From: an uncultured Syntrophus sp.
GTDB taxonomy: Bacteria; Desulfobacterota; Syntrophia; Syntrophales; UBA8958
Reading direction: 5' to 3'
Assembly (NCBI GenBank): GCA_964571695.1
Contig: CAZNDG010000006.1
Span: 42,859-106,858 of the forward strand
DNA length: 64,000 nt
Shown: positions 49,684-58,930 of the stretch, one piece after another
Position numbering within the stretch: position 1 is the stretch's first letter
Layout: every line of letters begins with the position of its first letter
Notes under the pieces: generated by a model
Told to the model about the DNA's origin: nothing
The model's input: only the letters and a program-made list of their open reading frames with translations
Databases searched by the model: none
Position numbers and translations under genes: made by a program

Positions 49684-51351
49684 GTGAGCCCGCTTCCCAT
49701 GACCATCCGCACCAAACTTATTCTCGTTTACGGCGCTTTGGCCATATTTTTCTCGACCCTTTTCTCCTTCATCGGCGTAGTCCGTATCACCGAAAACGCC
49801 AAGGACAACGCGGTAAAGATGGAAACTGCCATTCGGAGGGGTCTGGAGACATTCCTTAGTGAAAAGGCCTACGCCCTGGCGGGACAGATCGAGATATATC
49901 TCCGGTACCACCCCCTTGACATCCGCGACCCGGAACTCAGGAAGATCGCCCTCCAGAAAATCCAGCAGACCGGCTACAGCGGTCTCCACGACGGGGTGGG
50001 TAAACAGGACGGGAAGTATCTCTTCCACCCCAATCCCGCCATCGAGGGGCAACCCCTGTCGGCCTTTCGCTACAAGCTCCCCGCCCTCTGGGAGGCCATC
50101 CGGGAGAACCTGAACGGGCGGCCCGTCAGCCGTTACTACCTCTGGGAGGAAAAGGAGGGCACCTTCCGGGAAAAATTCTTCGTCGGCATCCCGGTACGGG
50201 GGACCGATTGCATCCTTTTTGCCACGGTTTATGTCGATGAATTTTATCAACCCCTGTATCAGGCCCAGGAAACCATCAGCAGGGAAAAGGAGACATCTAT
50301 AAGGATCTTCCTCGGTTCCTCCTTCCTGGCCACGGTGGTCCTCATCCTCGTATCGGTGTTCATCGCCCGGAGCTTTTCCCGTCCCATCCATAAAGTCGCC
50401 CTTCACGCCCGCCGGATCGGCTCGGGAGATCTGGAGTCCCGGCTCCATATCCCCACGGGGGATGAGATGGAGGAGTTGGCGGAGGTCCTCAACAAGATGT
50501 CCGGCGATCTGAGCGCATACATTAAAAACCTTACGGAGACCACGGCAGTCAAGGAACGGATGGAGGGAGAGCTGCAACTGGCCCGGGAGATCCAGCGCTC
50601 CATCATACCCCATACCTTCCCGCCGTTCCCCGACGTCCGGGAGTTCGACATCTACGGAACGATGATCCCCGCCAAAGAGGTGGCGGGAGACTTTTTCGAC
50701 TTCTTCTTCATCGACCCGGACAAGCTGGGCATCGTTATCGGCGACGTCTCCGGCAAAGGGGTCCCCGCCGCCCTGTTCATGTCCATGACCCGGGCGCTAA
50801 TCAGGGTTTACGGACTGGCAGGGGAAGGTCCGGCCCTCACCCTGGGCAAGACCAACCGGATGCTCGCCGCCGACAATGACGCCTCGATGTTCGTCTCCGT
50901 CATTTACGCCGAATACGATCTCCGGACGGGGCGAATGGTCATGGCCAACGGCGGTCACAATCCGCCGCTTCTCTGCGCCGCCGGGGACTGCCGGCGCCTC
51001 GACACCCAGCCCGACCTGTTTCTCGGTCCTTTCCCCGACGCCGTCTTCCAGGAGTGGAGTTTCACCATGGCGCCGGGAGACGCCGTAATCTTTTATACCG
51101 ACGGCGTCACGGAGGCCCAGACCGCATCCGGAAGCCTATACGGTGACGAGCGGCTGCTGTGCCGTTATGACGGACGGCAAGACAGAGATCCCCAGGGGTT
51201 GTGCCGCGACCTCCTTGCGGACGTCCGGGAATTCTGCCGCGAAGCCCCACAGTATGACGACATCACTCTCCTTGCCTTCCGGGTCAACGAACTCCGGACA
51301 GGGAGCGGCAGCGAGCCCATAGAAATCCAAACCCCGGGCAACGGGGTTTAG
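49684..51351 (+). CDS. Membrane Cache-HAMP-PP2C (SpoIIE/RsbU-type) phosphatase
   Basis: Two TM, HAMP (SRPI..DEMEEL), EVAGDFFD, GDVSGKG, YTDGVTEA, DDITLL; start may be ATG at 49699. Confidence 0.9.
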   Translation: MSPLPMTIRTKLILVYGALAIFFSTLFSFIGVVRITENAKDNAVKMETAIRRGLETFLSEKAYALAGQIEIYLRYHPLDIRDPELRKIALQKIQQTGYSGLHDGVGKQDGKYLFHPNPAIEGQPLSAFRYKLPALWEAIRENLNGRPVSRYYLWEEKEGTFREKFFVGIPVRGTDCILFATVYVDEFYQPLYQAQETISREKETSIRIFLGSSFLATVVLILVSVFIARSFSRPIHKVALHARRIGSGDLESRLHIPTGDEMEELAEVLNKMSGDLSAYIKNLTETTAVKERMEGELQLAREIQRSIIPHTFPPFPDVREFDIYGTMIPAKEVAGDFFDFFFIDPDKLGIVIGDVSGKGVPAALFMSMTRALIRVYGLAGEGPALTLGKTNRMLAADNDASMFVSVIYAEYDLRTGRMVMANGGHNPPLLCAAGDCRRLDTQPDLFLGPFPDAVFQEWSFTMAPGDAVIFYTDGVTEAQTASGSLYGDERLLCRYDGRQDRDPQGLCRDLLADVREFCREAPQYDDITLLAFRVNELRTGSGSEPIEIQTPGNGV

Positions 51352-51352
51352 C

Positions 51353-51380
51353 TTGACAGAAAAATCTTTCCCTCTATAAT
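51353..51380 (+). promoter_or_regulatory. Consensus sigma-70 promoter
   Basis: TTGACA-N16-TATAAT. Confidence 0.75.
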
Positions 51381-51415
51381 GACGGAACACGTCATGAAAA
51401 CTGGGGGGAAAGATC

Positions 51416-52390
51416 ATGACCACCTTGCCCAACATGAAACTGCCGGATCTCCTGACGCAGTATCTGCGGAAAGATCGGGCGCCCAATCCGGGGAGCGAAA
51501 AGACCTACGAACCAATTCAACCCGGAAACGGGAAGAAGGACTTCCATCCGATTCAGCCGAAGGGAGGATCGGCCCGGACCTGGCCGTTCATGCTGGTATT
51601 CGTCGCCCTGGCCGCCGTTTTCGCCCTCCATGAATTTGTCAGGGATTCGGAACCTTTCAAGATCGCCTCCTCCTTCGTAAAGGAAAATCAGTCGATCCGG
51701 GAGGACCTGGGAGAGATAAAGGAAATCTTCCCCTGGTTTCCTGTCTCCATCAAAGCGGCCGGAAACACCGCCCATGTCAAGCTGACCCTGCGCATCAAAG
51801 GCCAAAACGGGACGGGCAAGGCAAATGTGACCCTCGTCTATGTCAACAACTGGCAAATCGCCGCGGCCATATACGAAAACCGCCAGGGGAGGCTGATCAA
51901 CCTGACCCCGGGAAAAGCGCGGGGAGAGCCCCTCCGCCCCGCCCCGGCCGCCGGCGGCGACAGCCTGGCCGCCGGGCACCGCTTCTTCCGTCAGAACGAT
52001 TTTCCCCGCGCCCTCGCCGCCTACACCCAGACCCTCGCCGCCGATCCGAACAACGGCGCCGCTTATTACTGGCGGGGCCGGACCTACTACAAGATGAACC
52101 TTCCCGACAAGGCGGCGGCGGACTTCACCAAGACCACGGCCCTGGAACCGAATCACGTCGAGGCCCACAACTGGCTGGGATGGCTCTCCGAACAAGAGAA
52201 GCGCTACGATGAATGCGTCGTCCATCTCACCAGGGCCGTTACCTTGAAAGCCGACAACGCTTGGGGTTACTATCACCGGGGCCGGTGCTATTATCAGCAG
52301 GGCAAAAAAAATGAATCCCGCCAGGACGCGGAGCGGTCCTGCCGCCTCGGCTATGATCAGGCCTGCAAGACACTGAAACAATTACCATAA
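51416..52390 (+). CDS. Single-TM protein with a small beta-rich domain and C-terminal TPR repeats
   Basis: TM WPFMLVFVALAAVF; TPR patterns AYYWRGRTY, AHNWLGW, GYYHRG. Confidence 0.85.
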   Translation: MTTLPNMKLPDLLTQYLRKDRAPNPGSEKTYEPIQPGNGKKDFHPIQPKGGSARTWPFMLVFVALAAVFALHEFVRDSEPFKIASSFVKENQSIREDLGEIKEIFPWFPVSIKAAGNTAHVKLTLRIKGQNGTGKANVTLVYVNNWQIAAAIYENRQGRLINLTPGKARGEPLRPAPAAGGDSLAAGHRFFRQNDFPRALAAYTQTLAADPNNGAAYYWRGRTYYKMNLPDKAAADFTKTTALEPNHVEAHNWLGWLSEQEKRYDECVVHLTRAVTLKADNAWGYYHRGRCYYQQGKKNESRQDAERSCRLGYDQACKTLKQLP

Positions 52391-52399
52391 AGGAGCGCC

Positions 52400-52768
52400 A
52401 TGAGATTCGCCGCCGCCAAGATCGCCGTCCTGTTAATTTCCAGCGCCGTTTTGTTGTTCCTGGGGTTCAATCCGCCCTGGAAATGCTCCCTCCATATCGG
52501 CAACACCATCATCAGCAAGCACTGGGGACTCCACACCATCATGCAACCGCCCAATGTGTTCGACTACTTCTACAATCTGGGCGACAAGTTCAATCTCCCC
52601 CTGGTAGATGCGGGCCGTTACGATCCCCGGATCCTCAACGCCTTCGAATTCCAGATCGACTATCCGCTGACAGCCATATTCATGGCCTTGACCGCCGTCA
52701 TCACCCTGTGGACGCTGTGGATACTTAAACTTGCCGGGGAGATGACAGCGCAGGAAAAGGGGTTTTGA
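52400..52768 (+). CDS. Hypothetical two-TM protein
   Basis: AGGAG RBS, N- and C-terminal hydrophobic helices, FNPPW and PP motifs. Confidence 0.65.
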   Translation: MRFAAAKIAVLLISSAVLLFLGFNPPWKCSLHIGNTIISKHWGLHTIMQPPNVFDYFYNLGDKFNLPLVDAGRYDPRILNAFEFQIDYPLTAIFMALTAVITLWTLWILKLAGEMTAQEKGF

Positions 52769-52815
52769 AGCGGTATTCCGCAAACTATAATTGAAATCTG
52801 AAAGGGGTCGGCCAG

Positions 52816-53004
52816 GTGAAAAGATTCTTGTTGTTGATGCTCGTTATCCTCATGGGCGCTACGTCTCTATCCGTTGCGGGGTGCGCGGGAGGGCGGGACG
52901 TCGCCCGCGACAAGGCATCCAGTGAAGAGACATACCGGAACGAGGCCAATTTCGAACGGGCCCAGGACCGGCAAAGACTGGATCACGGCGGCAGCGGCTT
53001 TTGA
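52816..53004 (+). CDS. Small hypothetical lipoprotein (62 aa)
   Basis: MKRFLLL signal with SVAG-C lipobox; overlaps the azlC start. Confidence 0.6.
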   Translation: MKRFLLLMLVILMGATSLSVAGCAGGRDVARDKASSEETYRNEANFERAQDRQRLDHGGSGF

Positions 53005-53738
53005 TCGCCCCACCGGGACCCTCGTCAACTGAGGGCCAGCCGGGCGCTATTCGGCCGGGGCTAGCCGCCGCCTGGCCGATCTGCCTGGGGTACATTCCCA
53101 TCGGCGCGGCCCTGGGGGTCCTGGCCCAGAAAGCGGGCCTGCACCCCCTCGACGTGGGGGTCATGTCCCTGCTGGTGTTCGCCGGCAGCGCCCAGTTCAT
53201 CGGGATCTCCATGCTCTCCGCCGGCGCCGGGCCCCTGGCTGTCATCATGACGACCTTCGTGGTCAACCTCCGCCACCTCCTCATGAGCGCCGCCCTCTCC
53301 GTCCACCTCCGGGGGCTCCCAAAGGGTGTCCTGGCCTTCTACGCCTACGGCGTCACCGACGAGAGTTTCGCCGTGAACATGACCCGCTTCCGCACCCGCA
53401 GCTGGGACTGGCGACGGGCTCTGGTCGTAAATACCGTCTCCAACCTCACCTGGATCGCCGCCACGATCGCCGGCTGCTATGCCGGGGAGCTCATCCCCGC
53501 CGGGGCCTTCGGCATCGATTACGCCCTGACGGCGATGTTCATCTGCCTCCTCATCATGCAAACGCGAACCCGCCTCCATATCATGGCCGCGGCCGTCGCC
53601 GGTGTCCTGGCCGTCGGCCTCTCCCTGATCATGGAAGGGAACCTCTACGTCGTCATCGCCTCCCTGGTCGCCGCCACTGTCTGTCTCCCCCTGGCGGGCG
53701 GAAAGAAAAGTCCGACCACGGAAAGGAACGGGCCATGA
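53001..53738 (+). CDS. azlC: AzlC-family branched-chain amino acid exporter
   Basis: GYIPIG, VFAGSAQF, VNLRHLLMS, VTDESFA, GIDYAL..MFI. Confidence 0.93.
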   Translation: MIAPPGPSSTEGQPGAIRPGLAAAWPICLGYIPIGAALGVLAQKAGLHPLDVGVMSLLVFAGSAQFIGISMLSAGAGPLAVIMTTFVVNLRHLLMSAALSVHLRGLPKGVLAFYAYGVTDESFAVNMTRFRTRSWDWRRALVVNTVSNLTWIAATIAGCYAGELIPAGAFGIDYALTAMFICLLIMQTRTRLHIMAAAVAGVLAVGLSLIMEGNLYVVIASLVAATVCLPLAGGKKSPTTERNGP

Positions 53739-54064
53739 TGGACGAAGGCCTACTCCTGCTCACCTTTGCCGGCATGGGTGCCGTGACCTACATCCCCCGG
53801 TGGCTCCCTCTGCACTGCCTGGCGGAAAAGAAGCTCCCGGCATGGTTCGAGGCCTGGCTCGATTTCATCCCCGCCTCGATCCTGAGCGCCCTGCTGCTCC
53901 CTTCGCTGATCACGGGGGGCCATCCCCGCATCATCGATCTCACCCGCCCGGAGCTGATTGTCGCCGTTCCCACCTTCCTCTTTGCCGTGAAGACAAAGTC
54001 TCTGGGCGGCACGGTGCTCGTAGGCATGGCCCTTTTCTGGCTGGCCGGACGGTTTTTCGGATGA
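53735..54064 (+). CDS. azlD: AzlD-family protein
   Basis: GMGAVTYIPR.LP, LDFIP..ILSALL, TVLVGM; overlaps azlC. Confidence 0.9.
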   Translation: MMDEGLLLLTFAGMGAVTYIPRWLPLHCLAEKKLPAWFEAWLDFIPASILSALLLPSLITGGHPRIIDLTRPELIVAVPTFLFAVKTKSLGGTVLVGMALFWLAGRFFG

Positions 54065-54096
54065 AGTGATGGATTCCGGGATTGTGAAGAGGGGGG

Positions 54097-54813
54097 CTAC
54101 ATCCCCAGGTAGGCCTTGCGGACCGTTTCGGAGTCCAGAAGGTCCCGGGCGGCGCCGGACTGGACGATCCGGCCGTTTTGGATCACGTAGCCCCGGTTGG
54201 CTATCTCCAGGGTCTCCTGGACCATCTGCTCCACCAACAGGACGGTGGTGCCGGCCTGATTGACGGCGACGACGGTCTCCATCATCTTCTCCGCCAAACT
54301 TGGCATTAGTCCCAGGGACATTTCATCGAGCATGAGGAGACGCGGGCGGGACATGAGGCCCCGGGCGATGGCCAGCATCTGCTGTTCCCCGCCGCTCAGG
54401 GTTTCGGCGGTCTGACGGGCCCGCTCCCGGAGGATGGGAAAGATCTCCATGATCTCCTCCTGCCGGCGCTTTATCTCCGCGGGAGAATTCTCGGCGTAGG
54501 CCCCCAGGGCGAGGTTCTTTTCCACCGACAGCTTGGCGAAGAGCCGGCGGCCTTCGGGGACATAGCTGATCCCGAGCTTCAGAATCCGGTGGGCCGGCAG
54601 CCCGGAGATGTCCGTGCCGGCAAAGACGATCCGCCCCTGGAGGGGATGGGCGAGGCCGCAAATGGTGCGCATCGTCGTGGTCTTCCCCGCACCGTTGGCG
54701 CCGACGATGGCCACCAGCTCCCCCGGCATGACATCCAGGGAAACGCCGAAGACGACGGGAATCCCGTCGTAGCCCGCATGGAGGTCCTCGACCTTCAGAA
54801 TCGGTTCAGCCAA
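54097..54813 (-). CDS. livF: LivF-type ABC ATPase
   Basis: GANGAGKTT, VPEGRRLF, LSGGEQQML; TTG start with GGAG RBS. Confidence 0.93.
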   Translation of the reverse strand: MAEPILKVEDLHAGYDGIPVVFGVSLDVMPGELVAIVGANGAGKTTTMRTICGLAHPLQGRIVFAGTDISGLPAHRILKLGISYVPEGRRLFAKLSVEKNLALGAYAENSPAEIKRRQEEIMEIFPILRERARQTAETLSGGEQQMLAIARGLMSRPRLLMLDEMSLGLMPSLAEKMMETVVAVNQAGTTVLLVEQMVQETLEIANRGYVIQNGRIVQSGAARDLLDSETVRKAYLGM

Positions 54814-55564
54814 GGTCTCCGCCCTCCTTCCGCGCCTTGAAGCGCTGGCTGTATTTGGCGCCCAGGTAGGCCTCGATGACCCGCTCGTCGTTGACGATGT
54901 TGCCGGGGGCGTCTTCGGCGATCTTGATCCCGCCGTCGAGGACCACCACCTTGTCGGCAATGGGCATGATCCCCTCCATGACATGCTCCACAATCATGAG
55001 GGTAATGCCGCCCTCCCGGAGCCGGAGGATGACCTCCACGGAGGCCTTTATCTCGGTGGAGGTCATGCCGGCCATGACCTCGTCCAGCATGAGGAGTTTG
55101 GGTTGGGTCGCCAGGGCCCGGGCCATCTCCAGACGTTTTTTGCCGCCGATGGGAAGCCCGCCGGCGGGACGGTCCCGAAAGGGCTCCAGGTTGCAGATCC
55201 GGAGGCATTCCTCCGCCCGGGCGGCGGCCGCGCGTCTGTCGCCGGTCTTGAGAAACGCGCCGACCAGGACATTGTCGAAGACCGTCATTTCCTTGAGAGG
55301 CCGCACCACCTGGAAGGTTCGCACCGCCCCCCGGCGGGCGATCTCGTAAGGTTTGAGCGACGTGATCTCCCGGCCGTCGAAGTGGATGGCGCCGCCGTCC
55401 GCCGGATAGAGGCCGGTGATGCAGTTGAAGAGGGTGGTCTTCCCCGCGCCGTTGGGACCGATCAACCCCACGATCGTCCCTGTCTCCACGGTGAAGCTCA
55501 CCCGGTCATTGGCCACCAGTTCGCCAAATTTCTTCGTCACCTCCCGCACCTCAAGGAGCGCCAT
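54806..55564 (-). CDS. livG: LivG-type ABC ATPase
   Basis: GPNGAGKTTLFN, RTFQ, LLMLDE..AG, VEHVM, AYLG. Confidence 0.93.
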   Translation of the reverse strand: MALLEVREVTKKFGELVANDRVSFTVETGTIVGLIGPNGAGKTTLFNCITGLYPADGGAIHFDGREITSLKPYEIARRGAVRTFQVVRPLKEMTVFDNVLVGAFLKTGDRRAAAARAEECLRICNLEPFRDRPAGGLPIGGKKRLEMARALATQPKLLMLDEVMAGMTSTEIKASVEVILRLREGGITLMIVEHVMEGIMPIADKVVVLDGGIKIAEDAPGNIVNDERVIEAYLGAKYSQRFKARKEGGDLG

Positions 55565-56582
55565 GGTCCGCCTCCTTTTTACCGGCCGGCCGCCGCCGGG
55601 CGGCATACTTCCGGATGTCGCGGATTATGCCGATTATCCCGGCGGGCTGCTTGACCACGATGATGATGATCAGGAGCCCGAAGATGATGAGATCGACACC
55701 GCCCCCCAGGCCGCCCCAGAGCGCCCGGGAATACTCTTGCAGGGGAATCAGCACCGCCGCCCCGAGGAGGGGACCCACCAGGGTCCCGGAACCGCCCAGG
55801 ACGGTGATGAGGACGAACTTCATGGACATGTCGAGGGACATGACCATGGGCGGATCGACGCGGAGATTGTACTGCACGAAGAAGGAGCCGCACAGCGCGG
55901 CCAAGGCCGCCGAAAGGGCCATGGCGGTCAATTTCACGGCGGTGCTGTTCACCCCCAGGGATTCGGCGGTTTCCTGGCCTTCCCGCACCGCCCGCAGGTA
56001 ATAGCCAAAGCGATGACCTTCCAGCCAGCGCACCAGCCCGAAGGTGATCAGGAACAGGGCGAGGGCACAGTAGTAGTAACCGGTCTTGGAATCATGCCAC
56101 ATGAGGTTCCACAGGCCTTCTTCGACCAGGGGATAATCCAGTCCCAAAGCGCCGCCAACCCAGTCCCAGACCAGAAAGCCGCGGTTGAAAATCTCCACGA
56201 TGGCGAAGGTGGCAATGGCGAAATAGTGGCCGCTCAGTTTGAAGCAGGGCCAACTGATGACCACGGCCACCACCGCCGCGACGACCATGCCGATGAGGAT
56301 CCCCGGCCAGGGGGGGGCGCCGTAGGCGACCACCGCCATCCCGGCGCCGTAGGCCCCGATTCCGAAGAACACCGAATGTCCGAAGGACACCTGCCCGCAA
56401 TAGCCGCCAATGATGTTCCACGCCTGAGACATGGCGGCGAAAAGGAGGATGAGGATCATGATGTGCATGCGGAAGGAGTTGTCCCCCCAAAACGGCACTA
56501 AAGGCAGCAAGACGAGAAGGGCGGTGAAGAAGAGCCAGGCCCCGTCTTTTTTGAGCACGCTATTTCCCAGCCCGGAGTTCAC
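55551..56582 (-). CDS. livM: LivM-type ABC permease
   Basis: WNIIGGYCGQVSFGH..FFGIGAY, GHYFAIAT, VLGGSGT..GP. Confidence 0.92.
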   Translation of the reverse strand: MNSGLGNSVLKKDGAWLFFTALLVLLPLVPFWGDNSFRMHIMILILLFAAMSQAWNIIGGYCGQVSFGHSVFFGIGAYGAGMAVVAYGAPPWPGILIGMVVAAVVAVVISWPCFKLSGHYFAIATFAIVEIFNRGFLVWDWVGGALGLDYPLVEEGLWNLMWHDSKTGYYYCALALFLITFGLVRWLEGHRFGYYLRAVREGQETAESLGVNSTAVKLTAMALSAALAALCGSFFVQYNLRVDPPMVMSLDMSMKFVLITVLGGSGTLVGPLLGAAVLIPLQEYSRALWGGLGGGVDLIIFGLLIIIIVVKQPAGIIGIIRDIRKYAARRRPAGKKEADHGAP

Positions 56583-57439
56583 CAGCCGAAGATTCCTTTC
56601 GGCCGCAGGAATACCACGGCAAGGTAGAGACCGAAGACGGCGATGTATTTGAATACCGGGGCGATGTAGAAACCCGCCAAGGCCTCTACGACCCCCACCA
56701 GCAGTCCGGCGAGAAAGGCCCCGGGAATGCTCCCGAAGCCACCCATGGCGACACAGACGAAGGCGATGAGCCCGAACATGGAACCCACCTCCGGATGCAC
56801 GGCCAGATAGGAGGGCATGATGCCGCCGGCGAAGCCGACGCAGGCCCCGCCGATGCCGAAGATCAGGACGTAGATCCGCTCCGTGTTAATGCCCATGAGT
56901 TCCGCCGCCTCGCGGTCCATGGCGGTGGCCTGGACGGCCCAGCCGAACCGGGTGGCGTTGATGATGGCGTAGACCAGCCCGATCACGACGAGGGAGAGGA
57001 CTCCCGCCGCCAACTGGGGAACGGGAAAGATGATGTTGCCGATCATGAAGGTCTTGCCCCCCAGCCAGGTATCGGAAAGGATGAGGAAATTCGGGGAAAA
57101 ACGGTTCATGCAGAGGTTTTTGAGGAACATGGCGAGGCCGAAGGTTGCCAGCAGGGCCACCAGACCGGGACGGCCGATGGTGTAACGGATGATCAGCTTG
57201 TAGGTCAGCGCCCCGAGGAGGAAGACGAAGGCCCCGGCGGCGAATACCGAGACCACGGGATCGACCTGGGCGAGAAACCCGAGCCAGTAGCTGACGTACA
57301 TGCCCACCATGAGATATTCGCCGTGGGCAAAATTAATGACGTCCATGACGCCCCAGATGAGGCAGAGTCCGGCCGCCACCAGGGCGTAGACCATGCCGCT
57401 CAGAAGGCCGTCGATCAGGACCTGAATCAGTGTCTCCAT
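56579..57439 (-). CDS. livH: LivH-type ABC permease
   Basis: YALVAAGL.LIWGVM.VINFAHG, GGFGSIPGA, RPKGIFG. Confidence 0.92.
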   Translation of the reverse strand: METLIQVLIDGLLSGMVYALVAAGLCLIWGVMDVINFAHGEYLMVGMYVSYWLGFLAQVDPVVSVFAAGAFVFLLGALTYKLIIRYTIGRPGLVALLATFGLAMFLKNLCMNRFSPNFLILSDTWLGGKTFMIGNIIFPVPQLAAGVLSLVVIGLVYAIINATRFGWAVQATAMDREAAELMGINTERIYVLIFGIGGACVGFAGGIMPSYLAVHPEVGSMFGLIAFVCVAMGGFGSIPGAFLAGLLVGVVEALAGFYIAPVFKYIAVFGLYLAVVFLRPKGIFGW

Positions 57440-57515
57440 AAACTACCGCGTTCGGCGACCTCCCCCTGAACGGGGGAGGTACGCACGCCCTTGTCCTTAC
57501 CGGCACACCGGTTTG

Positions 57516-58796
57516 TTACCGCTTGTCCCACGGTTTCATGGGGAAGAAGATTTTGGCGTCCGCCATTTTCTCCGGATAGATCCGCTTGTACTGCCCGCCC
57601 TGAAGCTGGGTGACGATGCTCTTCGCCATGACGTTCTGGCCGCCCTTGACGAATTTCACCTTCCCGCCCAAGGAGAGGGGAGAATCCCAGGTGTTTGCGT
57701 AGAGGGTCTTGACGACCTTTTCGGTATCCAGACCGCCGGCCTTTTCGATGGCCTGGGCCAGGACCAGCATGGCCACCGCTTCCTGGATGCTGTTCCCGTC
57801 AAAGGGCACGCCGTTCGTCTTGGTCTTGAAGATCTTCTCCACCGCCGCCACCTCGGGCATCAGACTGGCGAACTGGGGGGAGTAGCCCGAGGAGCCCAGG
57901 AAGTAATTCGCGTCGTCGCCAAGCTGCTTGGTGATAACGGGATCCTGGTAGCCCGAGCAGTAGTTGATGACGATCCGGGGCAGGAAGTTGGCCTGTTTCA
58001 TCGTCCGGACCCACAGGGAGTAGTCGGCCCCGAGGACGGCTCCGAACACCGCATCGGGATTGGCCTTTTTCAGGGTCTGGACCTCGCTGTTGAGATTGGT
58101 GGCCCCGGGGGTGAAGGGCACGTCGGTAATGACCTTGAAGCCGCCGGCGGCGGCCGCCTTCTTGGCTTCCTCGGCGGCGTGCTTGCCGAATTCGCTGTTC
58201 TCGTAAATGACGCCCAGGGTCCTGATGTTGGCCTTGTTCTTCTTGTTGGCCCACTTCAAGACCTCGACGAAGTCCACCGATTCGGTGGCGTCCGTGGGGG
58301 CCAAGCGGAAGAAATATTTCATGTCCCGCTGCGTGAGGGCTGCCGAGCTGGACGAACCACACATGAAGATCTTCTTCATCCGCTCCGCCACGAAGCTGGC
58401 GGGTTTGCTCACCGAGCTGTTGTAGGAGCCGATAAGTGCCCAGACGCCCTCCTGGTTCAGGAGCCGCTCGGCTTCCGCCTTGCCCACGTCCGGTTTGCCT
58501 TGGCTGTCCGCATGGACCAGGACGATCTTATAGCCCTTCAGGAGCCCCTCCTGCTTGGCCAGGGGGACCTTGATTTCCGGATGCTTGTTGTTGATAATTT
58601 CCACCGCGGTCTGTACGGCCGCCTGGCAGCGCTGGCCGGCGGTGGCTACCGGGCCGGTGAGAGGAAAGATGGTGCCGATCTTGATCACCTTTTCCGCAGC
58701 CAGAACTGATCCTGCCTGCGGGCCAAAACCCAGCAGCAGGGCCAGGACGGCCAGGCATACAATCCAACGGTTCAAGCGGAACACTCGATGAGACAT
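57516..58796 (-). CDS. LivK/LivJ-family ABC substrate-binding protein
   Basis: Signal peptide, IKIG.IFPLTG, ADSQGKP, IGSYNSSV, YFFRLAP. Confidence 0.9.
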   Translation of the reverse strand: MSHRVFRLNRWIVCLAVLALLLGFGPQAGSVLAAEKVIKIGTIFPLTGPVATAGQRCQAAVQTAVEIINNKHPEIKVPLAKQEGLLKGYKIVLVHADSQGKPDVGKAEAERLLNQEGVWALIGSYNSSVSKPASFVAERMKKIFMCGSSSSAALTQRDMKYFFRLAPTDATESVDFVEVLKWANKKNKANIRTLGVIYENSEFGKHAAEEAKKAAAAGGFKVITDVPFTPGATNLNSEVQTLKKANPDAVFGAVLGADYSLWVRTMKQANFLPRIVINYCSGYQDPVITKQLGDDANYFLGSSGYSPQFASLMPEVAAVEKIFKTKTNGVPFDGNSIQEAVAMLVLAQAIEKAGGLDTEKVVKTLYANTWDSPLSLGGKVKFVKGGQNVMAKSIVTQLQGGQYKRIYPEKMADAKIFFPMKPWDKR

Positions 58797-58866
58797 AGAC
58801 TTACCTCCTTTTCTGTAGTGGTTGTTATGGTTTGATACCGAAGCGGGTCTTGCTTTTTCCGGGAAG

Positions 58867-58895
58867 GGACTATCTGAAAATCATCCGGATGTCAA
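58867..58895 (-). promoter_or_regulatory. Sigma-70 promoter of the liv operon
   Basis: TTGACA-N17-TAGTCC. Confidence 0.5.
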
Positions 58896-58930
58896 TGGAA
58901 AAAGGCGGCGGCGGCCGTGACGCCGCGCTT

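Noticed and set aside
54814-54993. Extended N-terminus of livF in the ORF track
   Set aside because: Overlaps livG; a TTG start with GGAG RBS at 54813 gives normal LivF length
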